From the human T2T-CHM13v2.0 reference genome, Homo sapiens: DNA of 64,000 bases. Positions within the stretch are counted from its first letter, which is position 1. Every line of letters begins with the position of its first letter. The stretch is from the NCBI RefSeq assembly GCF_009914755.1, contig NC_060929.1. The stretch is one strand, 5' to 3'. The notes below the pieces were generated by a model, which saw only the letters and a program-made list of their open reading frames with translations, had not been told where the DNA came from and did no database searches. A program made the translations under genes and the position numbers. Shown one piece after another: positions 42,430 to 55,304 of the stretch.

Positions 42430-42604
42430 TGCCAGGTGTGGTGGCGCATGCCTATAATCCTAGCACTTTGGGAGGCCGAGGCAGGCAGATCACTTGAGGT
42501 CAGGAGTTCGAAACCAGACTGGCCAACATGGTGAAACCCCATCTCTACTAAAAATATTTTTTTAAAAATTAGCCAGGCGTGATGGCGGGTGCCTGTAATC
42601 CCAG
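42430..42604 (+). mobile_element. Partial Alu (left arm, linker and start of right arm) inside Tigger2
   Basis: GCCAGGTGTGGTGGCGCATGCCTATAATCCTAGCACTTTGGGAGG...TGCCTGTAATCCCAG then an abrupt end. CAACTTGG flanks the Alu plus purine tract (42422-42429, 42754-42761). Confidence 0.9.
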
Positions 42605-42750
42605 GAAAGAAGGAAAGAACGAAGGGAAGGGAAGGGGAGGGGAGGGGAAGGGAGGGGAGGGGAGGGGAGGGGAAAAGAAAGAAAGGGAGGGAGGGAGGGA
42701 GGGAGGAAGGGAGGGAGGGAGGGAGGGAGGGAGGGAGGAAGGAAAGAAAC
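42605..42750. repeat. Polypurine (GGAA/GGGA/GGGGA)n low-complexity tract
   Basis: Almost pure A/G with many GGG runs. Confidence 0.95.
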
Positions 42751-43582
42751 AACCAACTTGGGAGATGAATGTTTCCAAACCAGTGCCAGACGATAAGGAA
42801 AAAGACATAGAAGATACAGTGCCAGAAAATAAGTTGACATTAGACAACGTGGCGGAAGCTTTCCAATTATTCAAGACTGGTTTTTGACTTCTTTTATGAC
42901 ATGGATCCTTCAATGATATGGGCACTGAAATTAAACCAAATGGTAGAAAAAGAATTGGTACCGTATAGAAACATTTTTAGAGAAATTAAAAAGCAAAAAA
43001 GTCAGAAATTACCATGTATTTCCACAAAGTTACAAGAAATATACTGCCTCGTCTGGCTTCCTTTCTATCTCCTGCACCTCTTTTGCCTCTGCCACCACTG
43101 AGACAGCAAGACCAAGCCCTCCTCTTTCTCCTCCTCAGCCTATTCAACATGAAGACAAGGATTAAGACCTTTATGATGATCCATTTCCACTTAAAGTAGA
43201 TCAGTCAATTTATATTTTCTTCCTTATGATTTTCCTAATAACATTTTCTTTTCCATGACTTATTTATTATAAAATACAGTATATAATACTATACAAAACG
43301 TGTGAATCAACTGTTTACGTTATCAGTAAGGATTCTGGAAAACAGCAGGCTACTAGTAAATTTGGGGGGAGTCAAAAGTTATATGCAGATTTCCAACTTT
43401 GCAGAGCAGTTGAATATCTGCATATAACCCCTTAACTCCTGCATTTTTAAAGAGTCAACTGTATTTTTTTATTATTTTTTCAACTGCAGGAATTGTGGGT
43501 AATTTTTCTTTTTGTGTTTTTCAGCATTTTCCAAATAACTTTTTAAAAGGGAAAAATAAGTAAATAAATAACACAGTTATAT

Positions 43583-43860
43583 GGCTGGGCGCAGTGGCTC
43601 ATGCCTGTAATCACAGAACTCTGAGAGGCACTGTTTGAGCTCAGGAGCTCAAGACCAACCTGGACAACAAAGTGAGACTTCATCTCTACTACAAATTAAA
43701 AAATCAGCCAGGCGTGGTGTTGGATACAAGTGGTCTCAGCTACTCAGGAGCTGAGGTGGGAGGATTGCTTGAGCCCAGGAGTTCAAGGTTACAATGGGCT
43801 ATGATCACACCACTGCATTTCAGCCTGGGCAAGAGAGTGAGACCTTGTCTCAAAAACAAA
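43583..43860 (+). mobile_element. Alu (AluJ, with short internal deletion)
   Basis: GGCTGGGCGCAGTGGCTCATGCCTGTAATC...GGAGGATTGCTTGAGCCCAGGAGTTCAAGG. Confidence 0.9.
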
Positions 43861-45549
43861 CATACCAAAGAAAGAATACTCTACTGGAATGAAGGGATGC
43901 ACACCCTTTAAGTGAAACATGTTATAGAAGTTCATATATATAATATGTATCCAAAAGAAGACATACAGAAACTTATATGCCAGTGGTTAATAAAATGGGA
44001 AGAGAGGGACAGAGAAAGAAGAGTGGAAAGTTTTTGAGCAATGAAGGGACATTATCCAATTTGTGTTTTCTAGGAGGCTTAATTATATAATTAAGCCTTC
44101 AAATTATATTTGAAAGCACAAAACTAGATAGAACACTATGAAGATAGACTGGACATGAGGTGAGGTCTTCAGAGAACCTCGATTATTCTACTTGTAGCTA
44201 CACGATGAAAAATTAACATGCTTTCATAGATCATTTTTAAAACCACTAACAAACCCTTAAGGGAAAAAGTGAAAAAACAAAAGGGTGTGAAGAAGGGAGC
44301 AAGGAAGCAAAAGAAAAAAAGGTTAAATAACTGGCATGTTTCATACAGAAACTGGTATTAAATCCATGATTTAATGCCCAAGTTTTAACTACCATATGCC
44401 ACTGCTTCCTGCAATCCCTCAGGAAATGTATACTGAATGGATAACCAGATAAATGGAAGTGAATATTCTTAATGAAGACTGGTATATGGGTCATTTGGAT
44501 TCCTACTTGTAAGACAGAGAATGGCAGAGAGAGTGCCAATTTGTAACCACTGAAAAAGCTCTTAATATCACCAAAAGAGCTAGGGTATCCCATAACCAAT
44601 AATTGTCTCATTTGCCAATATATATTACCAACAAATGTTTTCAGGATGGCAGAAGATATAGAGAAAGAAAACCAAGAGCCAGGAGAACCAAGTAGTGAAT
44701 AGGAAACAAACAGCAAATAAGAAACAAATAAGAGTAGATCCACAAAACTCTAAAGTGTTGAATGACTTGTTCAGTAACTACCCGGAGGATTTAGCTGGAG
44801 GGTCAGGGGGAGGGAATATGTAATTCAAAAATAGCTGGGCATGCAACATTGTTAAAGTATTACATAATATAGGCTTCTGAGAAGACCTCTGCTTTTTCTT
44901 AGTCCACTTTAGCTTACTGAAAGAAATAACTTAATCATCACTCATGCACAGACTCTATTCTGTGCTCTCAAGGAGTATAAAATAAATGTAGACCTTGGAT
45001 ACTGTCAAATGTAAAATCGCTCTGAATGTTTCTCCTGACTAACTACCACCTCATTAAGGTGATCAATCTTACATTAGCAATAACTGAAAATTTTCAAAAT
45101 TTTCAAAAGGTATGGTCATTAAAAAAAAGAACACTTAGCATTTCCCCCCATAGAATAATACAGTTTAAATTGTTATAAAATGTAATGTCTTAATCTATTA
45201 ATCTTGTATCTATTGGTTATAAGAATGATGACGAACAATTACATCAAAGAAAACATCTAATATTAAGAAAACCCTACATGACCTAGTAATTTGCCACTTC
45301 TTCCTTAATATGTCATTTACACACAGCATTGTACGAGACTATGATAGTTAAGAAACTGTCTTAAAGATTCTTGAGAATGAGAAACTTACACTTTTATTTA
45401 AACTACCCAAATTAAAGTTGTGGTAAACAAAACATGTCAGAATGAATCATTTGATTGGGCAGAGAAGAAAGCCCATTATTTGCCCAGTATTAGTGTCTTA
45501 CATAATGTGTTCACACTCTCCATGACATGCTAAGACAGATTAGCTTAGG

Positions 45550-45790
45550 GTCCTGGGTATGTGGGACAAAGGGATGATTCATATCCTGAGTAAAACAAAG
45601 TAGGATGGCACAAGATTTCCTCATAATACTCAGAAAGGTGTGCAATGTAAAACTTCTGATTATTTCTGGAATTTTCAACCTGGTATTTTTGGACTATGGT
45701 CGATGACAGGTAACTGAAACCATGGAAAGCAAAAACAGGGATAAGGGGAGGACTACTTATCCCCCTTATCCATGGGGAGATATGTTGAAA
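45550..45790 (-). mobile_element. MER44/Tigger7 terminal fragment plus an adjoining second TIR stub
   Basis: Minus strand AGTAGTCCTCCCCTTATCCCTGTTTTTGCTTTCCATGGTTTCAGTTACC...GAATCATCCCTTTGTCC matches the remembered MER44 terminus. Confidence 0.75.
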
Positions 45791-46123
45791 AAGCTCAACA
45801 TATCTTACCACCTAAGAAGAAAATCCTATCTCTGACGCAGTTAATAAGAAAAAAATCTCAAATCAAGACAAAGTAAAATTTGAGGAAGAGGTCTATTTCA
45901 CTAATGAGGGGCTTCACTACTAAAGGGCAGCTTTTCTCATTTCCCAGGTATCTTTACTTTCCTCCATTCTGTTAAACAATCAGTTTTGATCTGAGTGGAG
46001 CCACCAAATTTATCAATAAGTGTACCTTTACAATATTAAGATTTAAATCACAGTACAAAAATACCAAATGCAATACATTGAAGATATCATCCATTTGCTA
46101 GGCTAGGCCTGTGTACTCTATGA

Positions 46124-46689
<566 letters not shown>

Positions 46690-48673
46690 TAAAATGCAAA
46701 TGTGGGTTTCTTGAATGCTAATTCTCCAAGAAAGAAATCAATCCTAAGGCAGGATATGTGGACCAAATGAGGACGTTAATACCATGTGATTTGAAAGAAG
46801 ATTTTTTTTTTTTTTTTAGTACTAACAAGTTTCTAATGCAAGTGAATTCTATTAGCCCAAGCAGGGCCATGATTGGCCAGGAGAGAAACTATACTGCAGA
46901 ATAAATGTAGGAGGTGACATATAAAGAAAACACTGAGGTCAAACTCATCTCAAGAGAACTGAATAGGATGTAAGCAAAGACAGAGGAAGAAAATGATGCA
47001 GGAGATTCAACTGTGTTGGAATTTAGGTCATTGAGAGAAAAAGGCTCATCCCAAAATGAAAAAACTGCTTGGAATGTGCCAGAAAAAAAAAAAAAATCCT
47101 CTCTAAGAAACAAATAAACTAAGAGGAACCAGGAAGTGTTGGCAGCAAGTAAATATGTAAGTAGAAATATGAGGCAAAAAAGAGCTCAAAGACAGAAAGG
47201 AGAAAATACAAAAAGGAGTATGCTCTTAGTGAAGAGTCTGAGATTCTGTATTTTAAAGCGTGCCTGGTGAATTAGGAAAATTTGGAAAAAGAACTAGGAA
47301 AGGGCTTGGCTTTGGAGTGAGATCTGGATTATAGACTGTAGCTTCACTGTTTTAGGAGGAAACATTTAACCTCCCTCAGCTAGTCTCCATGTGGACTAAT
47401 GATTCTAACCTTGCTCATTCTTCCCCAGCATAGGGATGACCCATGTGATTGATGAACTGCTGTTTGTGGCTAAGCCTCTTGCTCCTCCTCCCTCACCCCG
47501 GACAGCCATAAAAAGTACATATTCTTCTCTGCTCCTCAGTACCGTAAACTTCATATGGTGAGGCTTGCTTATAGGTCTTGCTCTCTGTGGAGATGCATCA
47601 GCAGTCAAATGGGCTAACTGATACATCAGACCTATTTTCCAATCTATTATTTACTAGTAATAAAGATGACACATTGATCTTTATCATCTGACTCTTGTTC
47701 TCTCAATTGGTTCCGAATTTAGGTGGAGAAAAGACAGCTGAATCCAATTTGAGGTGTTAAAATATTAAGAAAATGTGCATCTTATTAGAGAATTGACAAA
47801 CTGCAGTAATTTGATACCCTAGTATTATGACTTGCTAATTTATGAGTATATACATGTAAAAAAGAGGAGGGGAGAGGGAGAGAAAAGGGAAGAAAAAAAG
47901 AAGAGAAGAGGGAGACAGATTACTGATATCCAATTATCAAATATCCAAATAAGGGCTTATCTATAAAAATCATTAATTTTCTGTCTGTAGACATCGTAGC
48001 TCAGCTTCAGTTTCAATTCTAAAATCAACATTACCAATTCCTTTTTTTTTTTCATATTTGGAATACAACTTTTAGTCCAGCAGGAACTGGAAGTTATGGA
48101 AAGTTAAGGTTATATATCCACTTAGGATTAGAAACTAGGATAACTTTTGTAAGCTAACATCTTTGATTACTTCTCTACAACTCAGGAAGAACTGCTGAGG
48201 TTGGTCTTTTGTACCAATCTCATTGCAATGCTATTCATCCAAAATATGAAATGGGAAAAATAAAAGAATTGAGAAAGAACCGAGGCAGTTTTAGAGTTCG
48301 ATTTTCACACTGAGATTTCATTAGTTTGATTGAAGTATTTGTTATGAGTACCCTGAATGTCTAACGGACCAATGTTAACTTTAAATTCAAATTCATCCAT
48401 AGGCAAATATAAATGAGATTTAGATGTTTATTCCTACTACTTACTCTCACCTTCCTTAAAATATGGTAGCCTAAAAATTTTCCAAATAACAAGATATTGA
48501 ATCTTATACTGTTTTGTGTAAAGCACTTCTCTGCAAAGCACAATGCTTATTACAAATGAAACACAACTGATATAAACACAAGTTATGTGGCTCCTTTTTT
48601 ATCTAAGCACAGGCAAAGAGATCTATATGAACACATCATAACAGACTTATTTTTAAAAAGTTTTCCCCAGCTT

Positions 48674-48740
48674 TTAGATCGTAAGAGTTAAGTAATCTAC
48701 TTTAAATTAGATCGTAAGAGTTAGGTAATCTAGTTAAAAT
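48674..48740. repeat. 33-bp tandem duplication
   Basis: TTAGATCGTAAGAGTTAAGTAATCTACTTTAAA / TTAGATCGTAAGAGTTAGGTAATCTAGTTAAAA. Confidence 0.88.
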
Positions 48741-50864
48741 TTTTCTCTTTTGTGCCACTGACATTTTAATAATAGGACAAGAAAACTACAGATTTAGAAT
48801 AGTATTTTATGAAGGTTCCAAATTTAGATAAGGGAGTTTTGTATTAATTATCAAAAAATACACTACCAATAAAAACTGTTGATGGGCTATATGGGAAAAG
48901 TACCAGCACGTGCACATATATTAGAGAAGAAATAATACTCTTACAGCCTTCTTTAACATATTTTCTGTATTAAATTGGAAAGTCTGTTAAATACTTCAAT
49001 GTACCACGAAGTCAACTGGTAACTGTTAAAGTCTACAAAAAAAAAAGTACTTTTTTTGATATTAGTCTTCAAATTAAAAAAAACAAAAGGTAGGAAAATG
49101 CTTAATTGTAATGTATTCCTATGTTAAATACTTTTCCACCATTAGATACATATCCAGAATCAAATTTCTAATCATGGTTACAACTCCCAAACACTGTAAA
49201 ATAATTCTGTTCTTTTCATATCAATGCATTTTCATTTTTACTAGAACTAATTACCTTTAAATAAATGATTCAGAGATGTCAAAAGCGACTCTCAGGGAAT
49301 GTTTCAAGAGGTCCCAGTTTCCTGAATTATAGCCTAGAACATCTGCTTAGCAATCTGGCAAGTAGTATGAAGCCAAAACAGTGTATCTCATATATGGTAG
49401 TTGTATCTGACCTCAAGAATGTGACAGCTGGCTACTTGCCTATAATTTTATACTGTAAAAATCTAAAATTCTGCATGCAAGAGACTAGAAAAAACAAGTG
49501 TGCCAACAACAGAATCATAGAGTGTATAAGGGCAGCAAGTTGCTTTAGGAAAGTATAATTATTGGCTTATTCATGCTAGAGAAAAGTAAAAAACATTGCT
49601 AAAAGAAATTTACTCACAAAAAAAGTAAAGCAACATAAAATTTCATTTTTCTTACAACTCAGAAAAAAAAATAAATGTAAAGTTAAACCTGTTGTAAAAC
49701 TGGAGGAAATAAAACTTAAACTGGACCCTTTCAGAAATAAACTCTTTTAGGTACAAATTCTCAGAAGCATTCCCAAGACAAAATCAAACAGAAAAGAAAT
49801 GAATTTATCAACTACATAAATTCAAAATTATTCTATTCAAACTGGTAGTCAGCAGTTATGTCACTTGACATACATTCTTAACCTAGGCATGAGTATATCA
49901 GTTGAAGAGTGTTCATAAACAGACTAGCAAGTATTGCAAGTAAAAACATCACATTGTCAGAGACAGCTGCAGTCTCAACCTGATCTTCACTAATCAGCAG
50001 GGTTATGATGCTTACATGACCAGACAAGAAATGACACTCACTTCAGCGCAATCTACATTCAAATTGATTTTGGACTTTTTAATTAGTCTCAAATTCAGAG
50101 GTCTAGAAACATATCAATACTTTATCTCTAGAATCACAGCTGACCACCAGTTACTCATAAAGTGTATGTATCCAAGATCTCTTACTGGAAAGGGGATGTG
50201 AAATTTCCCACTACTGCATTTTCATGGAATTCAAAATCATTTCAAAGGCGATTATAAATATGCTTGATAATACGCAGATGAAGACAAAGCATTTATACGA
50301 GAGTCTGTCTTGGATAATTACAGTAAGGACAATAGAAATAACTGATAAGATATGAAACAGGAAGTTGTATTTGATGCAGTAGTGGAAGCCTGAAACAACA
50401 GTGCCCCACTTATCCAGCAGTAAGAGTTGCACTCTCGTGTATAATACTCCTGAGCCCAGAAAAGTACATCTAACTGTCCACACTAATCTTCAATTCTTAT
50501 ATGGTAAAGATACACAAGTAGATAAAAAATACTCTTACAGAAATCATATTGAAAACAATTCAAGAATGACTTACATATGAAAAGAATATTTAAAAATTTC
50601 AATAGGCAGAGATTAGGGAGAAGTCTTTCAGATAGAAGAAAAGACAAGAGCAGAGGTGATGTAAGAAGAGCACCAGATGAGTTCAAGGAATGCAAGCCTT
50701 TCAATTGAAGCACAAAAGTATAAGAAAAACCCTCTTCTTGTTTTAAATATTTCTAATATTTATTTAAAATAAATTTCAAAGGTAAATATAAGCATAGTTC
50801 TGTTGAATTTTCCTGAAAGGCAAAACTGTTGTTAAAAATTGTTGACATTTCCATGAAAATACTC

Positions 50865-51215
50865 TTTTTATTTTTATTTTACTTTAAGTTCTGGGATACA
50901 AGTGCAGAACGTGTAGGTTTGTTACATAGGTATATGTGTGCCATGGTGGTTTGCTGCACCTATCAACCTGTCATCTAGGTTTTAAGCCCTGCATGCATTA
51001 GCTATTTGTCCCAATGCTCTCCCTCCCCTTGCCACCCATGCTGACTGGCCCAGGTGTGTGTTGTTCCCCTCCCTGTGTCCATGTGTTCTCACTGTTCAAC
51101 TCCCACTTATGAGTAAGAACATGTGGTGTTTGGTTTTCTGTTTCTGTGTTAGTTTGCTGAGGATGATGGCTTCCATCTTCATCCATGTCCCTGCAAAGGA
51201 CATGATCTCATTCCT
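50865..51215 (-). mobile_element. 5'-truncated L1PA 3' end (older L1PA, ~PA7-8)
   Basis: TTTTACTTTAAGTTCTGGGATACAAGTGCAGAACGTGTAGGTTTGTTACATAGG...CATGTCCCTGCAAAGGACATGA. Confidence 0.92.
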
Positions 51216-51226
51216 TAAGAAAACCC

Positions 51227-51530
<304 letters not shown>

Positions 51531-51664
51531 CCAATTCTTTGTTAAAACATAGAATGGTCTTTGGCTGTATCTCAAATTGGCTTAATTAGGTAAGTTATCC
51601 CTCAAATATACTAATTGCCATGTTCCCAAATACATCTTCCAATTCAGCCAATATTTTTTCTAGT

Positions 51665-52200
51665 TAATTTTTATTTAAGTATTACACACATACAGAAAAG
51701 TACACAAAGTACAAAAGTACTAAGTGTACAGCTAAATAAATTTTCACAAAGTGAACAGACACATGTAACCAGCAGTCAGATTAAAAAAAAAAATACTACC
51801 AGAACCTGAGAAGCCCCTATCATAAAGCCACCCACTCCTTTAAGTATAAACTCTATCCTGAATTCTAATACCATAGGTAAGTTTTGCTTGTTTTTGAACT
51901 TTATCTAAGTGAAATTATATAGTTTGTACTCTTTGTGACTGGCTCCTTTAATTCAATAGTAAATTTGGAAGGTTCATCCATATTGTTGCATATAATTATA
52001 TGTTTGTTCATTCTTATTGCAGTAAAATATTCAACTGTATAAATAAAGCACATTTTGAATTCATAATTAGAATTAAGAATTCAATTTATACAATAATTAG
52101 ATTATAATTACCACTAAAATTAGGATTACCATTTTACCATTGGTGGAATTGAGATAGTTGGAGTTTTTAGCCACATGAACGCTTCTACTATGTACATACT
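51665..52200 (-). mobile_element. Old L1M (L1MC/ME-type) 3' fragment
   Basis: catacagaaaagtacaca...taagtgtacagct...acacatgtaacca...gttttgcttgtttttgaactttat...gttcatccatattgttgcat. Confidence 0.7.
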
Positions 52201-52209
52201 TATTAACAA

Positions 52210-52310
52210 CAATGGTGTGCTGGAGCTATCTCATATTGGTTCATGAGAATTTGCTGTCATATTTTCAGGAATTTTTGTGAGTCAGTTGTTAAAATAACCT
52301 ACTACTAAAA
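52210..52310 (+). mobile_element. MER63 (hAT-Blackjack) 5' fragment
   Basis: CAATGGTGTGCTGGAGCT...TTTTCAGGAATTTTTGTGAGTCAGTTGTTAAA. Confidence 0.65.
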
Positions 52311-52774
52311 AACATTTTTTTCCCTTTAAACATCATGTGTGTGCCCAGGAAGGGAAGCGATGTGCACTAAAACAGATATCTTGTTAGATAGACGGAAAGC
52401 AATTAGAAAGTGCTCAGATGTACTGCACTTAGCACTGTGGTGTTTGGTGCCATAGAAATGCAAATTAACTAAAGCACCAATAAACATAATGTTGATGATG
52501 ATGAACACTGTTTAAAAATTATTTGAAGATAAGTAGTCAGAGCTTTATCTATAAGTAGACAAATATGCATTAAGTATATATCTATGCAAGCATACATAGA
52601 GCCATTTCTTCAGTTTATGAAATATATTTATACTAATAAAGTTGAATTTAAACTGATTTTCCACAAGCAAATCGTGTTTTCCAAAGCATCCCACTTACAT
52701 AATTGGAACTGTTTTTCATGGAAGATAATGAAGATGAGAAGTAAATACTGGTCTAGAGTTTGTTTAACAAGCTT

Positions 52775-52938
52775 TTATTCAACAACAATTTTTCAACAAT
52801 CACTATGTGCCCTGCCCTATATGTAAGCTGAAGATTCAATGCTAAATCAGATGCTCTCTGGTTTTAAGGGTTTTATCCTTTAGTTGGAAACACAGAGAAG
52901 TAAACAAAATATGTGAACAAAATGTGATATGTGTTAAG
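52775..52938 (-). mobile_element. L2 3' fragment (first part)
   Basis: ttattcaacaa...cactatgtgccc...gctgaagattcaatg...taaacaaaat...aatgtgatatgtgtta. Confidence 0.6.
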
Positions 52939-53860
52939 TATTCATCTGACAAAGGGCTAATATCCAGAATCTACAAGGAACTTAAACAAATTTACAAGAA
53001 AAAAACAAACAATTCCATCAAAGAGTCAGCAAAGGATATGAACAGACACTTATCAAAAGAAGACATTTATGCGGACAACAAACATATGACAAAAAGCTCA
53101 TCATCACTGGTCATTAAAGAAATGCAAATCAAAACCACAATGAGATACCATTTCATGCCAGTTAGAATGGCAATCATTAAAAAGTCAGGAAACAACAGAT
53201 ACTGGAGAGGATGTAGAGAAATAGGAACACTTTTAAACTGTTGGTGGAAATGTAAATTAATTCAACCATTGTGGAAGACAGTGTGGCGATTCCTCAAGGA
53301 TCTAGAACCAGGAATACCATTTTACCCAGCTATCCCATGACTGGGTATATACCTAAAGGATTATAAATCATTCTACTAGAAAGATACATGCACACCTATG
53401 TTTATTGCAGCACTATTCACAATAGCAAAGACTTGGAACCAACCCAAATGCCCATCAGTGATAGACTGAATAAAGAAAATGTAGCACATATACACCATGG
53501 AGTACTATGCAGCCATAAAAAAGGATGAGTTCATGTCCTTTGCAGGGACATGAATGAAGCTGGAAACCATCATTCTCAGCAAACTAACACAGGAACAGAA
53601 AACCAAACACCGCATGTTCTCACTCATAAGTGGCAGTTGAACAATAAGAACACATGGACACAAGGAGGGGAATATCACACACTGGGTCCCGTTAGGGGGT
53701 GGGGGGCTAGGGGAGGGATAGCATTAGGAGAAATACCTAATGCAGATGACAGGTTGATGGGTGCAGCAAACCACCATGGCATGTGTATACCTATGTAACA
53801 AACCTGCATGTTCTGCACATGTATCCCAGAGCTTAAAGTATAATAATAATAAAAAAAGAA
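52939..53860 (+). mobile_element. 5'-truncated L1PA: ORF2 C-terminal remnant, 3' UTR and A-tail
   Basis: ORF 52924-53340 gives SDKGLISRIYKELKQIYKKKTNN...[10 protein letters not shown]...QPLWKTVWRFLKDLE (L1 ORF2p C-terminus). Canonical L1PA 3' UTR ends AGCTTAAAGTATAATAATAATAAAA. Confidence 0.95.
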
Positions 53861-53884
53861 ACATGCATGGCATAAAAAACAAAC

Positions 53885-54063
53885 AAAAAAATATAAAAAT
53901 TAGCCAGGAGTGGTGGCTTGCACCTGTAGTCCCAGCTCCTCAGGAGGCTGATGCAGGAGAATCACTTGAACCTGGCAGGCGGAGGTTGCAGTGAGCCGAG
54001 ATCACGCCACTGCATTACAGCCTGGGTACAGAGCAAGACTCTGTCTCAAACAAACAAAAAAAA
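53885..54063 (+). mobile_element. Alu right arm only (5'-truncated)
   Basis: AAAATTAGCCAGGAGTGGTGG...GCAAGACTCTGTCTCAAACAAACAAAAAA. Confidence 0.9.
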
Positions 54064-54089
54064 GGAAGATAGAGGGCAAACTGGAGAGA

Positions 54090-54415
54090 AAATATGATCC
54101 CCTTAACAACAGCCATAAAACTATAAAATTCCTAGGAAGTAACCTAACAAAGAATATGTAGAGTTTTATGAGGAACTATTTTAAACTCCTTTGAGGACCT
54201 AAATAAAACTTAATAATGAAGATTTAACCATGTACATGGTTGAAAAACATAAGATTGTAAAAATACTTTCCCCCATACACAGATCACACAAATCACCTAT
54301 AAATTCTTCTTTATTTCAATGGACTATAAAAGAGAATGATAAAGATATTCTCAAATTTCGACGAAGAAAATACATGAAGGATAACTGAGACGATTTTGAA
54401 AAAGAAGACTAAAAA
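54090..54415 (+). mobile_element. Old L1M ORF2 internal fragment
   Basis: atccccttaacaacagcc..aaaactataaaattcctaggaagtaacctaacaaagaatatgta resembles the L1 ORF2 IPFTIA..IKYLGINLTK region. Confidence 0.65.
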
Positions 54416-54429
54416 CATTACTAACACAG

Positions 54430-54920
54430 GTAGTTGCTTACACAACAACCATTTCCCATTCTTTTTTATTAGCAGAGGTCTTATTTTGTTCCCCTCCTTC
54501 CATGCAAGTGAAGGAATGACCCTATTTCTAGGTCCTCCCCAGTGTACATCCTAAGTGGTCTTAGGTAATCATTGTGGGCCTAATCTCTTTGCCTGTAGTT
54601 GGGTTAGATATGGGCATGTGTGTGATCTGGCCAATGATGTATGAAGGGAAGCCTACTGGAGGCCCTCTGCAAAGGTTTCTTCACTCTTAAGAGACAAGTA
54701 AAGACAGCCCCTCTTTTAATATTGTGCTTTGGCCTGTCAGAATATGATCCCTGCTATCCTGCAGCCACTTTGTAACCAGGAGGAGAAAGCCAACATGTCA
54801 ATGACAGCCATACTCAGGGGGAAAGAGTGGAATATTTGATGATATTGTTGCACCTTTGAATTAACCTGCTCTGGACTTCTTGTTCATAGCATAATAAATG
54901 GTCCTTCCTTACTGTATAAA
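54430..54920. mobile_element. Old MaLR LTR (MLT1-type)
   Basis: ggccaatgatgtatgaagggaagcctactggaggcctctg..aaaggtttct, cagccactttgtaacca, ctctggacttcttgtt...aataaatg. Confidence 0.55.
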
Positions 54921-54936
54921 AAAACTGGAGTGACAA

Positions 54937-55278
54937 CCATAAAAAGGAACAAAATAATGGCATTTGCAGCAACCTGGATGGAACTGGAGACCATTATTCT
55001 AAGTGAAGTGACTCAGGAATGGAAAACCAAACAACGTATGTTCTCACTCATAAGTGGGAGCTAAGCTAGGAGGACGCAAAGGCATAAGAATGATACAATG
55101 GACTTTGGGGACTTGGGGCTTGGGGGAAAGGGTGGGAGGCGGGTGAGGGATAAAAGACTACACATTGGGTACGATGTACACTGCTTGAGTATTGGGTGCA
55201 CCAAAATATAAAAAATTCCACTACAAAACGCAATCATGTAACCAAACACCACCTGTTCCCCAAAAACCTATTAAAACG
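54937..55278 (+). mobile_element. L1PB 3' end
   Basis: GCATTTGCAGCAACCTGGATGGAACTGGAGACCATTATTCTAAGTGAAG...GCATAAGAATGATACAATGGACTTTGGGGACT...CACCTGTTCCCCAAAAACCTATT. Confidence 0.88.
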
Positions 55279-55304
55279 ATATTTTTAGTGGAAAATTTAA
55301 AAAA

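Larger units (their letters stand above)
41030..43000 (+). pseudogene. Decayed Tigger2 transposase (CENP-B-like HTH + DDE domain)
   Basis: Frame-broken peptides KKQKKVMTLQEKVKLLD (HTH), FSASKEWFDNFRKR, NADKSAQFWKK, LLSDNIPSHP and VVYLPPNKTSLIQSLDRG, with stops and frameshifts. Confidence 0.85.
40437..43461 (+). mobile_element. Full-length Tigger2 (pogo/Tc1-mariner) DNA transposon fossil, interrupted by an Alu
   Basis: TA|CCATTGACCCTTGAACAA...TTTTAAAGAGTCAACTG|TA gives TIRs and a TA target duplication. About 2.7 kb after removing the internal Alu insert, in line with remembered Tigger2 length. Confidence 0.9.

Noticed and set aside
42411-42925. Pro/Ser-rich and Gly/Glu-rich ORFs
   Set aside because: Products of the polypurine tract, the Alu and the Tigger2 remnant.
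41030-43000. Active or domesticated transposase gene
   Set aside because: Multiple stops, frameshifts and an Alu insertion disrupt the frame.
44246-44743. Longest ORF in the track (165 aa)
   Set aside because: Non-ATG-initiated call, no recognisable domain, composition typical of T-rich intron, no evident exon context.
52924-53340. 138-aa ORF as a gene
   Set aside because: C-terminal remnant of L1 ORF2p in a truncated element.
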